Positions 42,729 to 52,510 of a stretch of DNA of 64,000 bases are shown one piece after another. Source of the stretch: Clostridia bacterium (lineage in GTDB: Bacteria > Bacillota > Limnochordia > DTU080 > RSA5). The DNA lies in the NCBI GenBank assembly GCA_002919235.1, contig PKEX01000009.1, positions 67,617 to 131,616 on the forward strand, written 5' to 3'. Under the pieces are notes generated by a model that saw only the letters and a program-made list of their open reading frames with translations, was not told the DNA's origin and ran no database searches. A program made the translations under genes and the position numbers. The stretch's first letter is position 1, and each line of letters starts with the position of its first letter.

Positions 42729-43217
42729 TTACCGGCCAGGCACCCACAGCCGGCTGCGAGCCGCGCCGCCTTCGTCATCCCGCCCCCCGGAGGACCGGCT
42801 CCCTTCGGCGGCGGCTCCAGCGGCTCCCGAAGCGCCGGCCCCCGCGGACCCGGCGGCCGGGCCTGGCGCCGGGGCCTGCGGCAGTTCGATCCCCACCGCA
42901 CCGGCCAGGATCCGCTGCACCTCGGCGAAGGTGACGGCGAAGGCGGCTTCCGCTTCCAAGAGCTTGCGCACGTACGGATTGAGGGCGACGATCTGCATGG
43001 CCTGCTGGAGCGCCTGGACTTCTTCGTCGCTCGGGGTTTCCCCCGCCAGCACCTTGGCCTCCAGCGCCGCCTGCTTTTGCCGGAAATCCCGGTACATGAT
43101 CCGGGCCGCCTCGTGGCGCTCCAGCTCTTCCCGGGCTGCTTTGACCGCCTGGTACACCTCGGAGTTGGCCAGCGCGTCCGCCAGCGCTTCGGCTTTCGCT
43201 CGAATCTCCGGATTCAC
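42729..43217 (-). CDS. YlbF/YmcA family regulator with low-complexity tail
   Basis: KA..LA..L..SE.Y, NP.V..LL.AE..F; GGAGG RBS. Confidence 0.8.
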   Translation of the reverse strand: MNPEIRAKAEALADALANSEVYQAVKAAREELERHEAARIMYRDFRQKQAALEAKVLAGETPSDEEVQALQQAMQIVALNPYVRKLLEAEAAFAVTFAEVQRILAGAVGIELPQAPAPGPAAGSAGAGASGAAGAAAEGSRSSGGRDDEGGAARSRLWVPGR

Positions 43218-43414
43218 TCGACGACGCCTCCCGGTAACGTCCCTGACTTGCGAGCGTCCGTCTCATCCCGCGTTTCCAGTTGCAGTATAGCACAATCCCC
43301 ACGGGGCGGCCCCCCGGGAAACGCCTTTCCGGAGGCGCTTATCCGGACCGCGCGGCGCTACAAGGACTCCTCCCGCGCCCTACAGAACTCAAGAGCCATG
43401 CGAGGTGACTCTCC

Positions 43415-44170
43415 ATGAAACTAGCCAACAAAGCAGCGGTGGTCACCGGGGCCGGCGCCGGGATCGGCCAGGCCGTCGCCTTGCTCTTTGCATCCGAAGG
43501 CGCGCACGTGTTCGCTTTAGACATCGATGAAGCGGGACTCAAAGAGACGGAGGCCAAGGCGCCTTACGGCGCCAAGCTGTCGGTGATGGTGGTCGACGTC
43601 ACGAAGGAAGAGACGATGCGGGACGCCCTTGAGGCCGCAGCCGCCCAGGCAGGGAGGCTGGACATCCTGGTGAACAGCGCCGGGATCCGCGTGGCCGGCA
43701 CGGTGGAGGAGACCCGCGAGGACGACTGGGATCGCGCGATCGCGATCAACCTGCGCAGCGTCTTTTTGGGGTGCAAGTACGCCGTGCCCTTGATGAAACG
43801 CCACGGCGGGGGCGTCATCATCAACGTGGCCTCCGTCGCCGGGATGGTGGGCGTCAAGAACCGGGCGGCCTACAGCGCCTCCAAGGCCGGCGTCATCGGC
43901 CTCACCAAGGCCATGGCGGTGGACCACGCCGCCGACGGCATCCGCGTCAACTGCATCTGCCCCGGGCCCGACGACGGGCCGTGGCTGGAAGAGGCCCTGG
44001 AAGGCAGCTCCGGCCGGAACCAGGCTCTCCGCCCGGCGGCGGTCCAGCGGGTGGGGCGCTTGGGCACACTACAGGAGATCGCCCACGCCGCGCTCTACCT
44101 GGCGCAGGACGAGTCGGCTTCCGTCCACGGGACGACGCTGGTCATCGACGGCGGCTACACGGCGCAGTGA
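43415..44170 (+). CDS. SDR family oxidoreductase
   Basis: VVTGAGAGIG, NSAG, YSASK, IRVNCICPG, IDGG. Confidence 0.92.
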   Translation: MKLANKAAVVTGAGAGIGQAVALLFASEGAHVFALDIDEAGLKETEAKAPYGAKLSVMVVDVTKEETMRDALEAAAAQAGRLDILVNSAGIRVAGTVEETREDDWDRAIAINLRSVFLGCKYAVPLMKRHGGGVIINVASVAGMVGVKNRAAYSASKAGVIGLTKAMAVDHAADGIRVNCICPGPDDGPWLEEALEGSSGRNQALRPAAVQRVGRLGTLQEIAHAALYLAQDESASVHGTTLVIDGGYTAQ

Positions 44171-44277
44171 CGCTGCGGCGCAGTGCCGCGCCGCCTGCTG
44201 TTGGCAGGTTTCGCCGCGTCGTGCCGGGAATCAAACGTGGTGAAGAATTCCACGCATCGCAGGGAGGGGTAACCTGT

Positions 44278-45453
44278 ATGGGGCTTGGCAGGAAGATTCG
44301 CTACGGCATGGTAGGCGGCGGTCCCGGAGCCTTCATCGGCGCGGTGCACCGCCAGGCAGCGGCTCTCGACGGTGAGATCGAGCTGGTGGCCGGGTGTTTT
44401 TCGTCATCGCCTGAGAAATCGCAGGCCCAGGGGCGGGCGCTCTTTCTCGATCCCAAGCGGGTATACAACTCCTACCAGGAAATGGCCGAAAAGGAAGCGC
44501 AGCTTCCGCCCGGGGAACGGATCGATTTCGTCGCCATCGTGACCCCCAACAACTCGCACTTTCCCATCGCCAAGACCTTCATCGAGGCCGGCTTTCACGT
44601 GGTCTGCGACAAGCCCATGACCACCACCATCGAAGAAGCGGAAGAGCTTTGCCGCCTCGTCCAAAAGCACGACGTGGTCTTTGCCCTGACCCACAACTAC
44701 ACCGGCTACCCGATGGTGAAAGAGGCCAGGGAACTCGTCCGCAGCGGCAAGCTCGGCGAGATCCGCAAGATCGTCGTCGAGTATCCCCAGGGCTGGCTTT
44801 CCAAGTACATTGAGAACGAGTCGAAGCAGGCCAGCTGGCGGACAGACCCTGCGCAGGCCGGTGTCTCGTCGTGCATCGGCGACATCGGTTCCCACGCGGA
44901 AAACCTCGCCCACTACATCACGGGCCTTGAGATGACCGAGATCTGCGCGGACCTCACCACCTTCGTCCCCGGCCGCCAGCTGGAGGACGACGGCAACATC
45001 CTGGTCCGCTACGAGAACGGGGCCCGCGGGATCCTCTACGCCTCGCAAATCTCCATCGGCGAGGAGAACAACCTGCGCATCAGGGTGTACGGCACCGAGG
45101 CGTCCCTCGAATGGCGGCAGGAGTACCCCACCGACCTCTGGGTCCGCTACGGCGACAGGCCGGCGGAGCTGCTTCGCATGGGGAACCCGTACCTCTCCGA
45201 CCGGGCCAAGCACTTCACGCGGCTTCCGGCCGGGCACCCCGAGGCCTTTATCGAGGCGTTCGCCAACATCTACCGGAGCGCCGCCCGCACCATCGCCGCC
45301 AAGATCGCGGGCGAGACGCCGCACCCCCTCGACACCGACTTCCCCACGGTGTACGACGGCGCCCGCGGCGTGCACTTCATCCACAAGGCGGTCGAAAGCG
45401 GCAAGTCCGACGCCAAGTGGGTCGACGTGCGCTACACCCCGCCGGGGGCGTGA
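44278..45453 (+). CDS. Gfo/Idh/MocA family oxidoreductase
   Basis: GMVGGG.GAFIG.VH, IVTPN..H, HVVCDKP, GDIGSHA, PAGHPE; GGAGG RBS. Confidence 0.9.
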   Translation: MGLGRKIRYGMVGGGPGAFIGAVHRQAAALDGEIELVAGCFSSSPEKSQAQGRALFLDPKRVYNSYQEMAEKEAQLPPGERIDFVAIVTPNNSHFPIAKTFIEAGFHVVCDKPMTTTIEEAEELCRLVQKHDVVFALTHNYTGYPMVKEARELVRSGKLGEIRKIVVEYPQGWLSKYIENESKQASWRTDPAQAGVSSCIGDIGSHAENLAHYITGLEMTEICADLTTFVPGRQLEDDGNILVRYENGARGILYASQISIGEENNLRIRVYGTEASLEWRQEYPTDLWVRYGDRPAELLRMGNPYLSDRAKHFTRLPAGHPEAFIEAFANIYRSAARTIAAKIAGETPHPLDTDFPTVYDGARGVHFIHKAVESGKSDAKWVDVRYTPPGA

Positions 45454-45619
45454 GGCTGGCGCCGCCGGGCTTGAGTTTTGGACAGCACACGGACGGAGGG
45501 GGAGCTCCCCGCAGGGACGCTCCCCCTCCGCCTCTTACTGCCCGATATCCTCGCCGCCGCCGGTGATGATCTGTTGGTATTCCACGCTTCGCCGACCTCG
45601 CTCTCTTTCGCTTCCGGGA

Positions 45620-45885
45620 TCACGGGTTTTCCTTTCGCGCCCAGAAGATGTACCCGCCCGCGAACTGGTCGTCCAGCCGTTCGACGATGGCAGCGTGTCC
45701 GCCATGATGTCGACGCACACCACCGTCGCCGGGTTGGGGTGGCCCTCCCGCCGCTGGCGATAGGCGAAGAGCTCGCAGATGCCGGGCTTGATGTCGACGC
45801 TGGTCAGACTGCCGCAGCCGGCCAAGAGGTCGAGCCCTCGGCAGGAAGCCTCCGGACTATCGCTAATAGCTACATTCTTGAGCAT
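45620..45885 (-). pseudogene. Possible remnant of a class I SAM-dependent methyltransferase
   Basis: LDLLAGCG, SVDI and VVCVDI in one frame, then a frame change to ...FAGGYIFWARKENP*; internal parts appear missing. Confidence 0.4.
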
Positions 45886-45923
45886 CGGAAACCCGATTAA
45901 AAAGCGAACAGTAGTAGGAGTGG

Positions 45924-46796
45924 ATGCACATGCCGCTGTCCCGGCGCGCCTGCCTGCTGATTTCCTGCCCCGACCGGCCGGGGATCGTCGCGTCGGTCTC
46001 GGGGTTTCTCTTTGAGCGGGGCGCGAACATCGTGCAGCTCGACCAGTACTCGACGCACCCGGAAGAGGGCACGTACTTCATGCGCCTCGAGTTCGACGCC
46101 GAGTGGGTGAACGGCGACCGGGCCCGGATCGAAAGGGAGTTCGCCCAGCAGGTCGCCGCCGCGTACCAGATGGACTGGCGCTTCGCCTACGCCGACCACA
46201 TCAAGCGCATGGCGGTCTTCGTCTCCAAAGAGGATCACTGCCTGCTGGAGCTCCTTTGGCAGTGGCGCTGGGGCGACCTTCGCGCGGAGATTCCCATGGT
46301 CATCAGCAACCACGACACCCTGCGGGAGACGGTGGAGTCGTTCGGCATCCCCTTCTACCACCTGCCCATCACCAAGGAGACCAAGCGCCAGCAGGAAGAG
46401 AAAGCCCTGGAGCTCATGGAGGGCCGGGTCGACTTCATCGTCCTCGCCCGGTACATGCAGATCCTCACGGGGGACTTCATCCAGCACTACCCCAACCGGA
46501 TCATCAACATCCACCATTCGTTCTTGCCGGCGTTCGTAGGCGGGCGGCCGTACGAGCAGGCCTACGAGCGGGGCGTGAAGATCATCGGCGCCACGGCGCA
46601 CTACGTCACCGAGGAGCTGGACGCCGGGCCCATCATCGAACAGGACGTGGCCCGCGTCGACCACCGCAACGACGTAGCCCAGCTCAAGGCCATCGGCCGC
46701 AACATCGAGCGGACGGTCCTCGCCCGGGCGGTCCGCTGGCATATCCAGGACCGCATCCTCGTGCACGGCAACAAGACCATCGTCTTCGCGGGGTGA
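45924..46796 (+). CDS. purU: Formyltetrahydrofolate deformylase
   Basis: ACT domain SCPDRPGIV, SK..HCL, VISNH, LARYMQIL, INIHHSFLPAF.G, GVKIIGATAHYV. Confidence 0.96.
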   Translation: MHMPLSRRACLLISCPDRPGIVASVSGFLFERGANIVQLDQYSTHPEEGTYFMRLEFDAEWVNGDRARIEREFAQQVAAAYQMDWRFAYADHIKRMAVFVSKEDHCLLELLWQWRWGDLRAEIPMVISNHDTLRETVESFGIPFYHLPITKETKRQQEEKALELMEGRVDFIVLARYMQILTGDFIQHYPNRIINIHHSFLPAFVGGRPYEQAYERGVKIIGATAHYVTEELDAGPIIEQDVARVDHRNDVAQLKAIGRNIERTVLARAVRWHIQDRILVHGNKTIVFAG

Positions 46797-46805
46797 AAGC
46801 TCCCG

Positions 46806-47546
46806 ATGGCCGGCTCTCTTCGCCCCGTCCCGCTCCGGAGCGTCTTCATCGACGCGACGCCGATCGCGCTGAGCTACGTCCCGTTCGGCGTCCTCTTCGG
46901 CGCCTTGGGCCAGCGGGCCGGCCTCTCCCTTTTCGAAGCCAGCGCGATGTCGCTGTTGGTGTACTCGGGCGCGGCGCAGCTGGTGGCGGCCCAGATGCTG
47001 GCCGTAGGCGCGGCGCCGTACACGGTGGTGGCGGCTTCGGCCATTCTCACCATCCGGCACGTGCTGATGGGCGCCTCGCTCTCTCCGTACACCCGGCGGC
47101 TGCCGGCCTGGGCCAAGCTGCTCTTGAGCCCCTTGATGACCGACGAGAGCTTCGCGCTGGCTTGGGGCCGCTACCGCCGCGAACCCGGCGCGCACGGCTT
47201 TTTCCTCGGCGCGAACCTGTACCTTTACGCCACGTGGAACCTCTCTACCGTGGTCGGCTACTTCGCCGGCCAAGCGGCCCCCGCGCTGCTGGGCCTCGGC
47301 CTCGACCTCGTCTTCCCGCTGCTCTTTGTGGCCATCCTCGCCGGCATGACCCGCAGCGGGAGCGAGCTCCTGGCAGCCGCAAGCGGGATCGCCGCAGCCG
47401 CGATCGGCCGGCGCTGGCTGGGAGCGGAGTGGGCGATCCCCGCCGGCGGCGTCCTGGCCGCCGCCGTGGGCCTGGCTGCGGAGAAGGCTCTGGGCTCTCA
47501 GGGCGCGGGCGGGCACCCGAAGGCGGTGGACGCGCCCGATGAGTGA
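46806..47546 (+). CDS. azlC: AzlC family branched-chain amino acid exporter subunit
   Basis: P.....VPFG..FG, MS..VY.GAAQ, RH.LMG.SL, TDE.FA. Confidence 0.88.
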   Translation: MAGSLRPVPLRSVFIDATPIALSYVPFGVLFGALGQRAGLSLFEASAMSLLVYSGAAQLVAAQMLAVGAAPYTVVAASAILTIRHVLMGASLSPYTRRLPAWAKLLLSPLMTDESFALAWGRYRREPGAHGFFLGANLYLYATWNLSTVVGYFAGQAAPALLGLGLDLVFPLLFVAILAGMTRSGSELLAAASGIAAAAIGRRWLGAEWAIPAGGVLAAAVGLAAEKALGSQGAGGHPKAVDAPDE

Positions 47547-47853
47547 CTCTCTCATCCTCATGATCCTGGCCATGAGCGTCCTGACCATGGGCAGCCGCGT
47601 GCTCGGCTTCTTCGCAGTGAGCGAGCCCAAAGGCGCGCTGGGGCGGGCGCTGCACTATCTGCCGTTCGGGCTTTTCGGCGCGATCGTGGTGACGGGACTG
47701 CCGCAGGATCCGGGCGCCTCCTGGCCCGCGGTAGCCGCGGCGATCCTGGCCACCGCCGCCGCCGCCTGGCGAAAGTGGCCCGTCGTCCTCGCCCTCGCCG
47801 CAGGCTATACCGCCTGGGCCCTGGCCCGGTGGATCCTGCCGCCGGTTTCGTGA
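47539..47853 (+). CDS. azlD: AzlD family membrane protein
   Basis: Small four-TM protein overlapping azlC; T...R..GF, L.YLP. Confidence 0.8.
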   Translation: MSDSLILMILAMSVLTMGSRVLGFFAVSEPKGALGRALHYLPFGLFGAIVVTGLPQDPGASWPAVAAAILATAAAAWRKWPVVLALAAGYTAWALARWILPPVS

Positions 47854-48037
47854 TGCGGGTCACACAGGCCCGGCCTGAGCAGAGGTTAAGATGGGTGTGA
47901 TTCCGGTTTCTCACCTGTGAAGGAATGTGAGCGCATTTTCTGGAAGTTACGTAGAATAGGCCGCTGCGGCGGATCGTCGCCAGGGAAGCCAGTATGACCA
48001 CCGGCCAGCAGCCGGCACGGGGAAGGAGCGTGTCAGC

Positions 48038-48103
48038 ATGCTTTCGTTGATCGGTCTCATCGTGGTGATCTGGTTCATCATCGAACACCTGCAGAACCTG
48101 TAA
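48038..48103 (+). CDS. 21-aa hydrophobic peptide (not in the ORF track)
   Basis: GGAAGGAG RBS, ATG, MLSLIGLIVVIWFIIEHLQNL*, with its own -10 (TAGAAT) and terminator. Confidence 0.6.
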   Translation: MLSLIGLIVVIWFIIEHLQNL

Positions 48104-48169
48104 ACGGACGCGCCGTCACGGCGGTTTCTTCCGGTGACGGCTGCACCCAGAGCACCGAGCGAGGCACCC

Positions 48170-48201
48170 AAAAGGCCCCGGCACCGGCGCCGGGGCCTTT
48201 T
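48170..48201. terminator. Bidirectional intrinsic terminator
   Basis: AAAAGGCCCCGGC-loop-GCCGGGGCCTTTT. Confidence 0.8.
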
Positions 48202-48264
48202 GCCCGCCGGTTCTGCGCATAATCGCGGCCCGCCCCGGCATAGGTAATTCGCCGGGGTGTTGCT

Positions 48265-49074
48265 GTGGTGCGCCAACGGCAGGCTTTCTTCCTGGCGGTG
48301 TCGGCACGCCGCCTCGTCTTTCTCGCCTCGGTGTTTATCTGCTGCTTCTGCTTGGGCGCCCTGCTGGGCGCTTTCGAACTCCTGGGCGGCTCTTTCGCCC
48401 TGTTGAAGGGTCTCGGCCGCCCCGCGACCGGGAGCGGGCCGGGCCAGCCCGTTCTTGAGCTGCCCCCCGGACCGCTGGCGAACGGCGTCCTGAAAGACCT
48501 GCTCATCGTCCTCGACCCCGGCCACGGCGGCGCCGACCGGGGCGTCTGCCACTTCCCCGACGACTTGATCGAGAAAGAGATCAACCTGGACATGGCCAAC
48601 CGCGTCCGGGCGGTGCTGGAGGCCGCCGGCGCCCGGGTCCTCCTGACCCGCGCCGACGACGTGTTCCTCTCCCTGGACGACCGCGCCCGGGCCGCCAACG
48701 AGGCGGGCGCCCATCTTTTCCTGAGCCTTCACGTGAACCGCATTCCGGGGCACCCCGAGTGCTTCGGGGCGCAGACCTTCTACTTCCCCGGCTCGACCCA
48801 GGGCGAGCGCCTGGCCAGCATCATCCAGGAAGAGCTGATCAAGGTGGATCCCGAAAACTACCGGGATCCCCTGCCGGGCAGCTACCGCGTCCTGCGCCTC
48901 ACCACCATGCCCGGAGCCTTGGTGGAGATCGGCTTCATGACCAACGCGCGCGACCGCGAGCTCATCGCCACGGAGGCGTACCGCGACCGGATCGCCCGGG
49001 CCATCGCCGCCGGCGTGGCCCGCTACGTGGCGGAGCAGGGCCTCACTGCTGGAAAAGATCAAACCCCGTCGTGA
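48265..49074 (+). CDS. N-acetylmuramoyl-L-alanine amidase (Amidase_3, CwlD-like)
   Basis: N-terminal TM; IVLDPGHGG.D.G, EKEINL, LTR..D, LSLHVN, GAQTFY, LVEIGFMTN. Confidence 0.9.
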   Translation: MVRQRQAFFLAVSARRLVFLASVFICCFCLGALLGAFELLGGSFALLKGLGRPATGSGPGQPVLELPPGPLANGVLKDLLIVLDPGHGGADRGVCHFPDDLIEKEINLDMANRVRAVLEAAGARVLLTRADDVFLSLDDRARAANEAGAHLFLSLHVNRIPGHPECFGAQTFYFPGSTQGERLASIIQEELIKVDPENYRDPLPGSYRVLRLTTMPGALVEIGFMTNARDRELIATEAYRDRIARAIAAGVARYVAEQGLTAGKDQTPS

Positions 49075-49541
49075 TCGCCACCCGCACGTGCGAGCCGCCG
49101 CCCGCGCTCTCCCCCGTCGGGAAGATGACGTCGGCGTTGAGTTCGAACGGGAGCGACGTCCGGCCGAACAGGTCCACCTGGGTGCCCGCGGTGAGCCGCA
49201 GCGTCACCCCCTGCGGCCCGCCCGTCCGCATGGGCGACGCAAACCCGATCCCCGTGCCGAAGAAGCCACCGCTGGTCCTCTGGATGGCGTCCAGAGTGAA
49301 GAACAGGGCCTCGCTGGGCTCCACCTCCAGCTCGATGGTGAACATGCCGTCGGAGAGCAGCGAACTGAAGACGTTGGTCAGGAAGGAGAGCGGGTTGCTG
49401 GCCGCGGTCTCGAGCTCTTTGGTCACCTGTCCTTGCTGCGCAGCCCGGGGCCGCAGGTCCACGGTGGGCGTGATGCGAAGCCCCAGACAGTGCGAGCGCA
49501 ACGAGCCACACGACGGGAAAACCGGCCGGGAAGTACGTCAT
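49043..49541 (-). pseudogene. Hypothetical protein apparently frameshifted at a G4 run
   Basis: RBS GAGAGGTG and ATG 49541 (MTYFPAGFPVVWLVALALSG) joins the well-formed 49043-49501 frame if one G is removed at 49481-49484. Confidence 0.5.
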
Positions 49542-49692
49542 GCATCCAACACCTCTCTGCCCGGCTTGACGAAAAGAGCCCGGGCTAGTCTCCCGACCCC
49601 CGGCGGTCGCATCACTCCCGGATTTCGAAACGGAAGCGCCTTCCCCTCTTGGTGCCCTTTGACCTGCCCTTGCCTACGGGATGTGCCTCGCA

Positions 49693-50838
49693 CTACTCCA
49701 TCCCCAGCTGCCGCTTGAGCCACTTCGCGAAGAGCGCCTCCACAAAGGCGTAGCGCCCCCGGTCCATCCGGGCGATGACGCCCTGCTCCTGGAGGCGGCT
49801 GAGAATCTCCGTGACCCGTCCCGAAGGAATCCCCAGCCCGTAGGGGGGTCTTTCAGCCAGCAGGGCCTGAACCACTTCAGGCGCCTGCTTCACCTTTCGG
49901 ACATCTTCCCACTCCTTTTCGTAGATAGGGGTGAGGCGGGCGAGGACGTCTTCTTCCAGCGTGGCCAGGACCAGCTCTGCGGAGACGGCAGGCTTTTGCC
50001 GTGGCAGGCAGCGGAGGTAGACGGCGTTGGCCAGCTGCATCATGCCGAAGGGATGCCCGCCCGTCTCCCGGATCATGATCTCCAAGGCCACGGTGCTGGT
50101 CTTGATGCCCACCGACTCGTACTTGCCCCGCAGGTATTCGAGCCACGCTTCGCCGGGCACCGGGGGCAGCGCTTTAATAGAGGCGAAGCGGTAAAACGCC
50201 TGCCTCCGGTCGCTAAAGAGCGTTTTCAACGTGGATTCCTGGCTTCCCAAGAGCAAGTACGTGCAGCGCTCCTGGGCCTGGAAGATCGAGCGGAGCTTCT
50301 TGATCAACGGCGTGCCGCCCAGCCGCTCGAGCTCTTGGAACTCGTCCAGCAGCACCACGAAGGGCGCTCCCTGCCGCGCCGCCCAGCGGTCCGCGTACTC
50401 CAGGGCCAGGGCCAATGCCTCGTCGGGCCGGGGCGCCTCCCCGTGCAGGGGGAACTGGATTTCGACGTCGAAATCCCCGATGCTCTGCGTCAAGACGATA
50501 TGGCGGATTCGCTCCTGGATGCCCTTGAGCGTGCGGATCACGGCCCGGCTGGGGCCAAAGCGCTGTTCCAGGACGAGCTGCCAAAGGAGCGACGCGAACT
50601 CCTCGACGGAAGCGACGTAAAAGAGGTCGATCCTGCCCCCGTGGCACCCTTGCGCCTTGAGACGCCGCAGGATCTCCAGGGCCACGCTGCTCTTTCCGAT
50701 GCGCCTCGGCCCGGTGACGAGGATGCTCTGCCCGCTGAGAAGCTCCCGCACCGTATCCTCGATGAACTCCTGCCGGTCGACCACGTCTTCGGGTCCAGCC
50801 AATCGCCCTACCGGGAACAAGGCTCCTGGGCGGCGCAC
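49693..50838 (-). CDS. AAA/archaeal-type ATPase (ATPase_2-like) with probable C-terminal winged helix
   Basis: VDRQE, Walker A GPRRIGKSS, Walker B VLLDEFQ, LGSQ, TGGHP; GGAGG RBS. Confidence 0.82.
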   Translation of the reverse strand: MRRPGALFPVGRLAGPEDVVDRQEFIEDTVRELLSGQSILVTGPRRIGKSSVALEILRRLKAQGCHGGRIDLFYVASVEEFASLLWQLVLEQRFGPSRAVIRTLKGIQERIRHIVLTQSIGDFDVEIQFPLHGEAPRPDEALALALEYADRWAARQGAPFVVLLDEFQELERLGGTPLIKKLRSIFQAQERCTYLLLGSQESTLKTLFSDRRQAFYRFASIKALPPVPGEAWLEYLRGKYESVGIKTSTVALEIMIRETGGHPFGMMQLANAVYLRCLPRQKPAVSAELVLATLEEDVLARLTPIYEKEWEDVRKVKQAPEVVQALLAERPPYGLGIPSGRVTEILSRLQEQGVIARMDRGRYAFVEALFAKWLKRQLGME

Positions 50839-51035
50839 ACGGACACCTCCTCCGGAGCGGCATCATAGCACAAGTCTTATATCATTATACCATGTCGATG
50901 ATGCCAAACCAGCTGGACCGCAGGCCCGGCGTTCCGGAACCAGAAAGGGTGAGCCCTGTGCTTCACGAATACACTTTAGGTGCGGCTGAAAGAGCGCCGC
51001 GAACATCTAACAAGGAGGGCGGGGGTCGGCGATCG

Positions 51036-51740
51036 ATGTTGTCGCTATGGCGTGAAACGCTGGCAGAGGTTTTCAAGTCTACGGCACCTATCGTCGCGCT
51101 CTTGATCGTCCTGCGACTGACCTTGATCGAATTCGACGTCACCGAGGTCTCCGTGGTCATCTTAGGCAGCCTCATGGCCCTCGCCGGCTTAGTGCTGTTC
51201 TTGTTCGGCGCCCGGGCAGGCATCGTTCCTTTCGGCGAACGATTGGGCGCCCAGCTGCCCGGCTACCGCTCGCTGGTCCTTCTCATCGTGTTCGGCGTCA
51301 TCATCGGGCTTGCGATCACCGTTGCCGAGCCCAACGTCCGGGTGATGGAAGCGCAGGTGAACCAAGCGGCGCCCGGGTTCCTTCCCCCCGGCTCGCTGGT
51401 GTGGGCCATCGTCCTCGGCGTGGCGGTCTTCACGGGACTGGGCATGGTGCGCACGGCCTTTCAGATCCCGCTGATCTGGCTCTTGGTCCCCAGCTACCTG
51501 CTGAGCTTCATCTTGATCTTCCTTGCCCCGCCGGAATTCGTAGGCATTGCATATGACTCGGGAGGCGCGGCTACGGGGCCGCTTTCGGTACCGTTCATCA
51601 TCGCATTTAACGTAGGTGTCGTCTCCGTTCTCGGCAGGGCCAAGGGAGTGGAGGACAGCTTCGGCGTGGTGGCCCTGGCCTCAATCGGACCGGTCATCGC
51701 GGTGCTCCTCCTCGGGGTGCTGCTCGGAGGTATCCGCTGA
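51036..51740 (+). CDS. DUF1538 family membrane protein
   Basis: GL.LFL.G, T.AEP.V, GIAYDSGGAATGP.SVPFI, FG.VA.AS.GP. Confidence 0.85.
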   Translation: MLSLWRETLAEVFKSTAPIVALLIVLRLTLIEFDVTEVSVVILGSLMALAGLVLFLFGARAGIVPFGERLGAQLPGYRSLVLLIVFGVIIGLAITVAEPNVRVMEAQVNQAAPGFLPPGSLVWAIVLGVAVFTGLGMVRTAFQIPLIWLLVPSYLLSFILIFLAPPEFVGIAYDSGGAATGPLSVPFIIAFNVGVVSVLGRAKGVEDSFGVVALASIGPVIAVLLLGVLLGGIR

Positions 51741-51742
51741 CG

Positions 51743-52510
51743 ATGGAAATCCTCCAGGCGCTCTTCCGAGACATCGACGAAACGCTGAAGGTGGTCCTCG
51801 CGGCCATCGGCCCCATCTTCGTCCTCCTTTTGATCACCCAGGTGACGATGCTGCGCATGAACCGCAAGGAGCTCCGGGCCAAGCTGCGCGGTTTCTTTTT
51901 CGCCACGGTAGGCCTGCTCCTGTTCCTGCAAGGGGTGGAGGTGGCCTTCATCCCGGTGGGGGAGGCTTTGGGCTACTCAGTCGCGGTCAAATGGTCGCCG
52001 TGGTGGCTGGTGCCCATCGGCTTTGCCCTGGGGTTCCTCGCGACGTTCGCGGAGCCGGCGGTACAGCTCTTGGCGGACGAGGTGTATAATACGTCGGGAG
52101 GCGCCATCCCCCGGGGCCTGGTCCTCTGGACGCTGGCCATCGGGGTGGGCGTCTCCGTCGCGCTGGCGATTACCCGCACTATTTTGGGAATCCCGCTGTG
52201 GCTGCTGCTGGTGCCCGGGCACCTTGTGGGCCTGGCCTTGATCCCCTTCTGCGACAAGGACTTTGTCGGCATCGCGTACGACTCGGGGGGCGCGGCCACG
52301 GGGCCCATGACGGTCTCGTTCATCGTCGCGCTGGCGCTGGGCGTCGCCGCGGCGTTTCCCGACAGGAATCCCGTGATCGACGGCTTCGGGCTGGTAGCCT
52401 TTGTGCTGCTCGCGCCCATACTAAGCGTGCTGGTCGTCGGGGTGCTTTACGCACGAAAGAGGAGGGCCTTGGATGCAGAGTCCGAGAGAGTTGAACAACC
52501 AGGCGTTTGA
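51743..52510 (+). CDS. DUF1538 family membrane protein
   Basis: T.AEPAV, GIAYDSGGAATGPMTV.FI.AL, DGFGLVA. Confidence 0.85.
   Translation: MEILQALFRDIDETLKVVLAAIGPIFVLLLITQVTMLRMNRKELRAKLRGFFFATVGLLLFLQGVEVAFIPVGEALGYSVAVKWSPWWLVPIGFALGFLATFAEPAVQLLADEVYNTSGGAIPRGLVLWTLAIGVGVSVALAITRTILGIPLWLLLVPGHLVGLALIPFCDKDFVGIAYDSGGAATGPMTVSFIVALALGVAAAFPDRNPVIDGFGLVAFVLLAPILSVLVVGVLYARKRRALDAESERVEQPGV

Noticed and set aside
43771-44277. N-terminal extension of the 560-aa ORF suggesting an SDR-oxidoreductase fusion
   Set aside because: It is an out-of-frame overlap with the SDR gene; a proper RBS and ATG sit at 44278.
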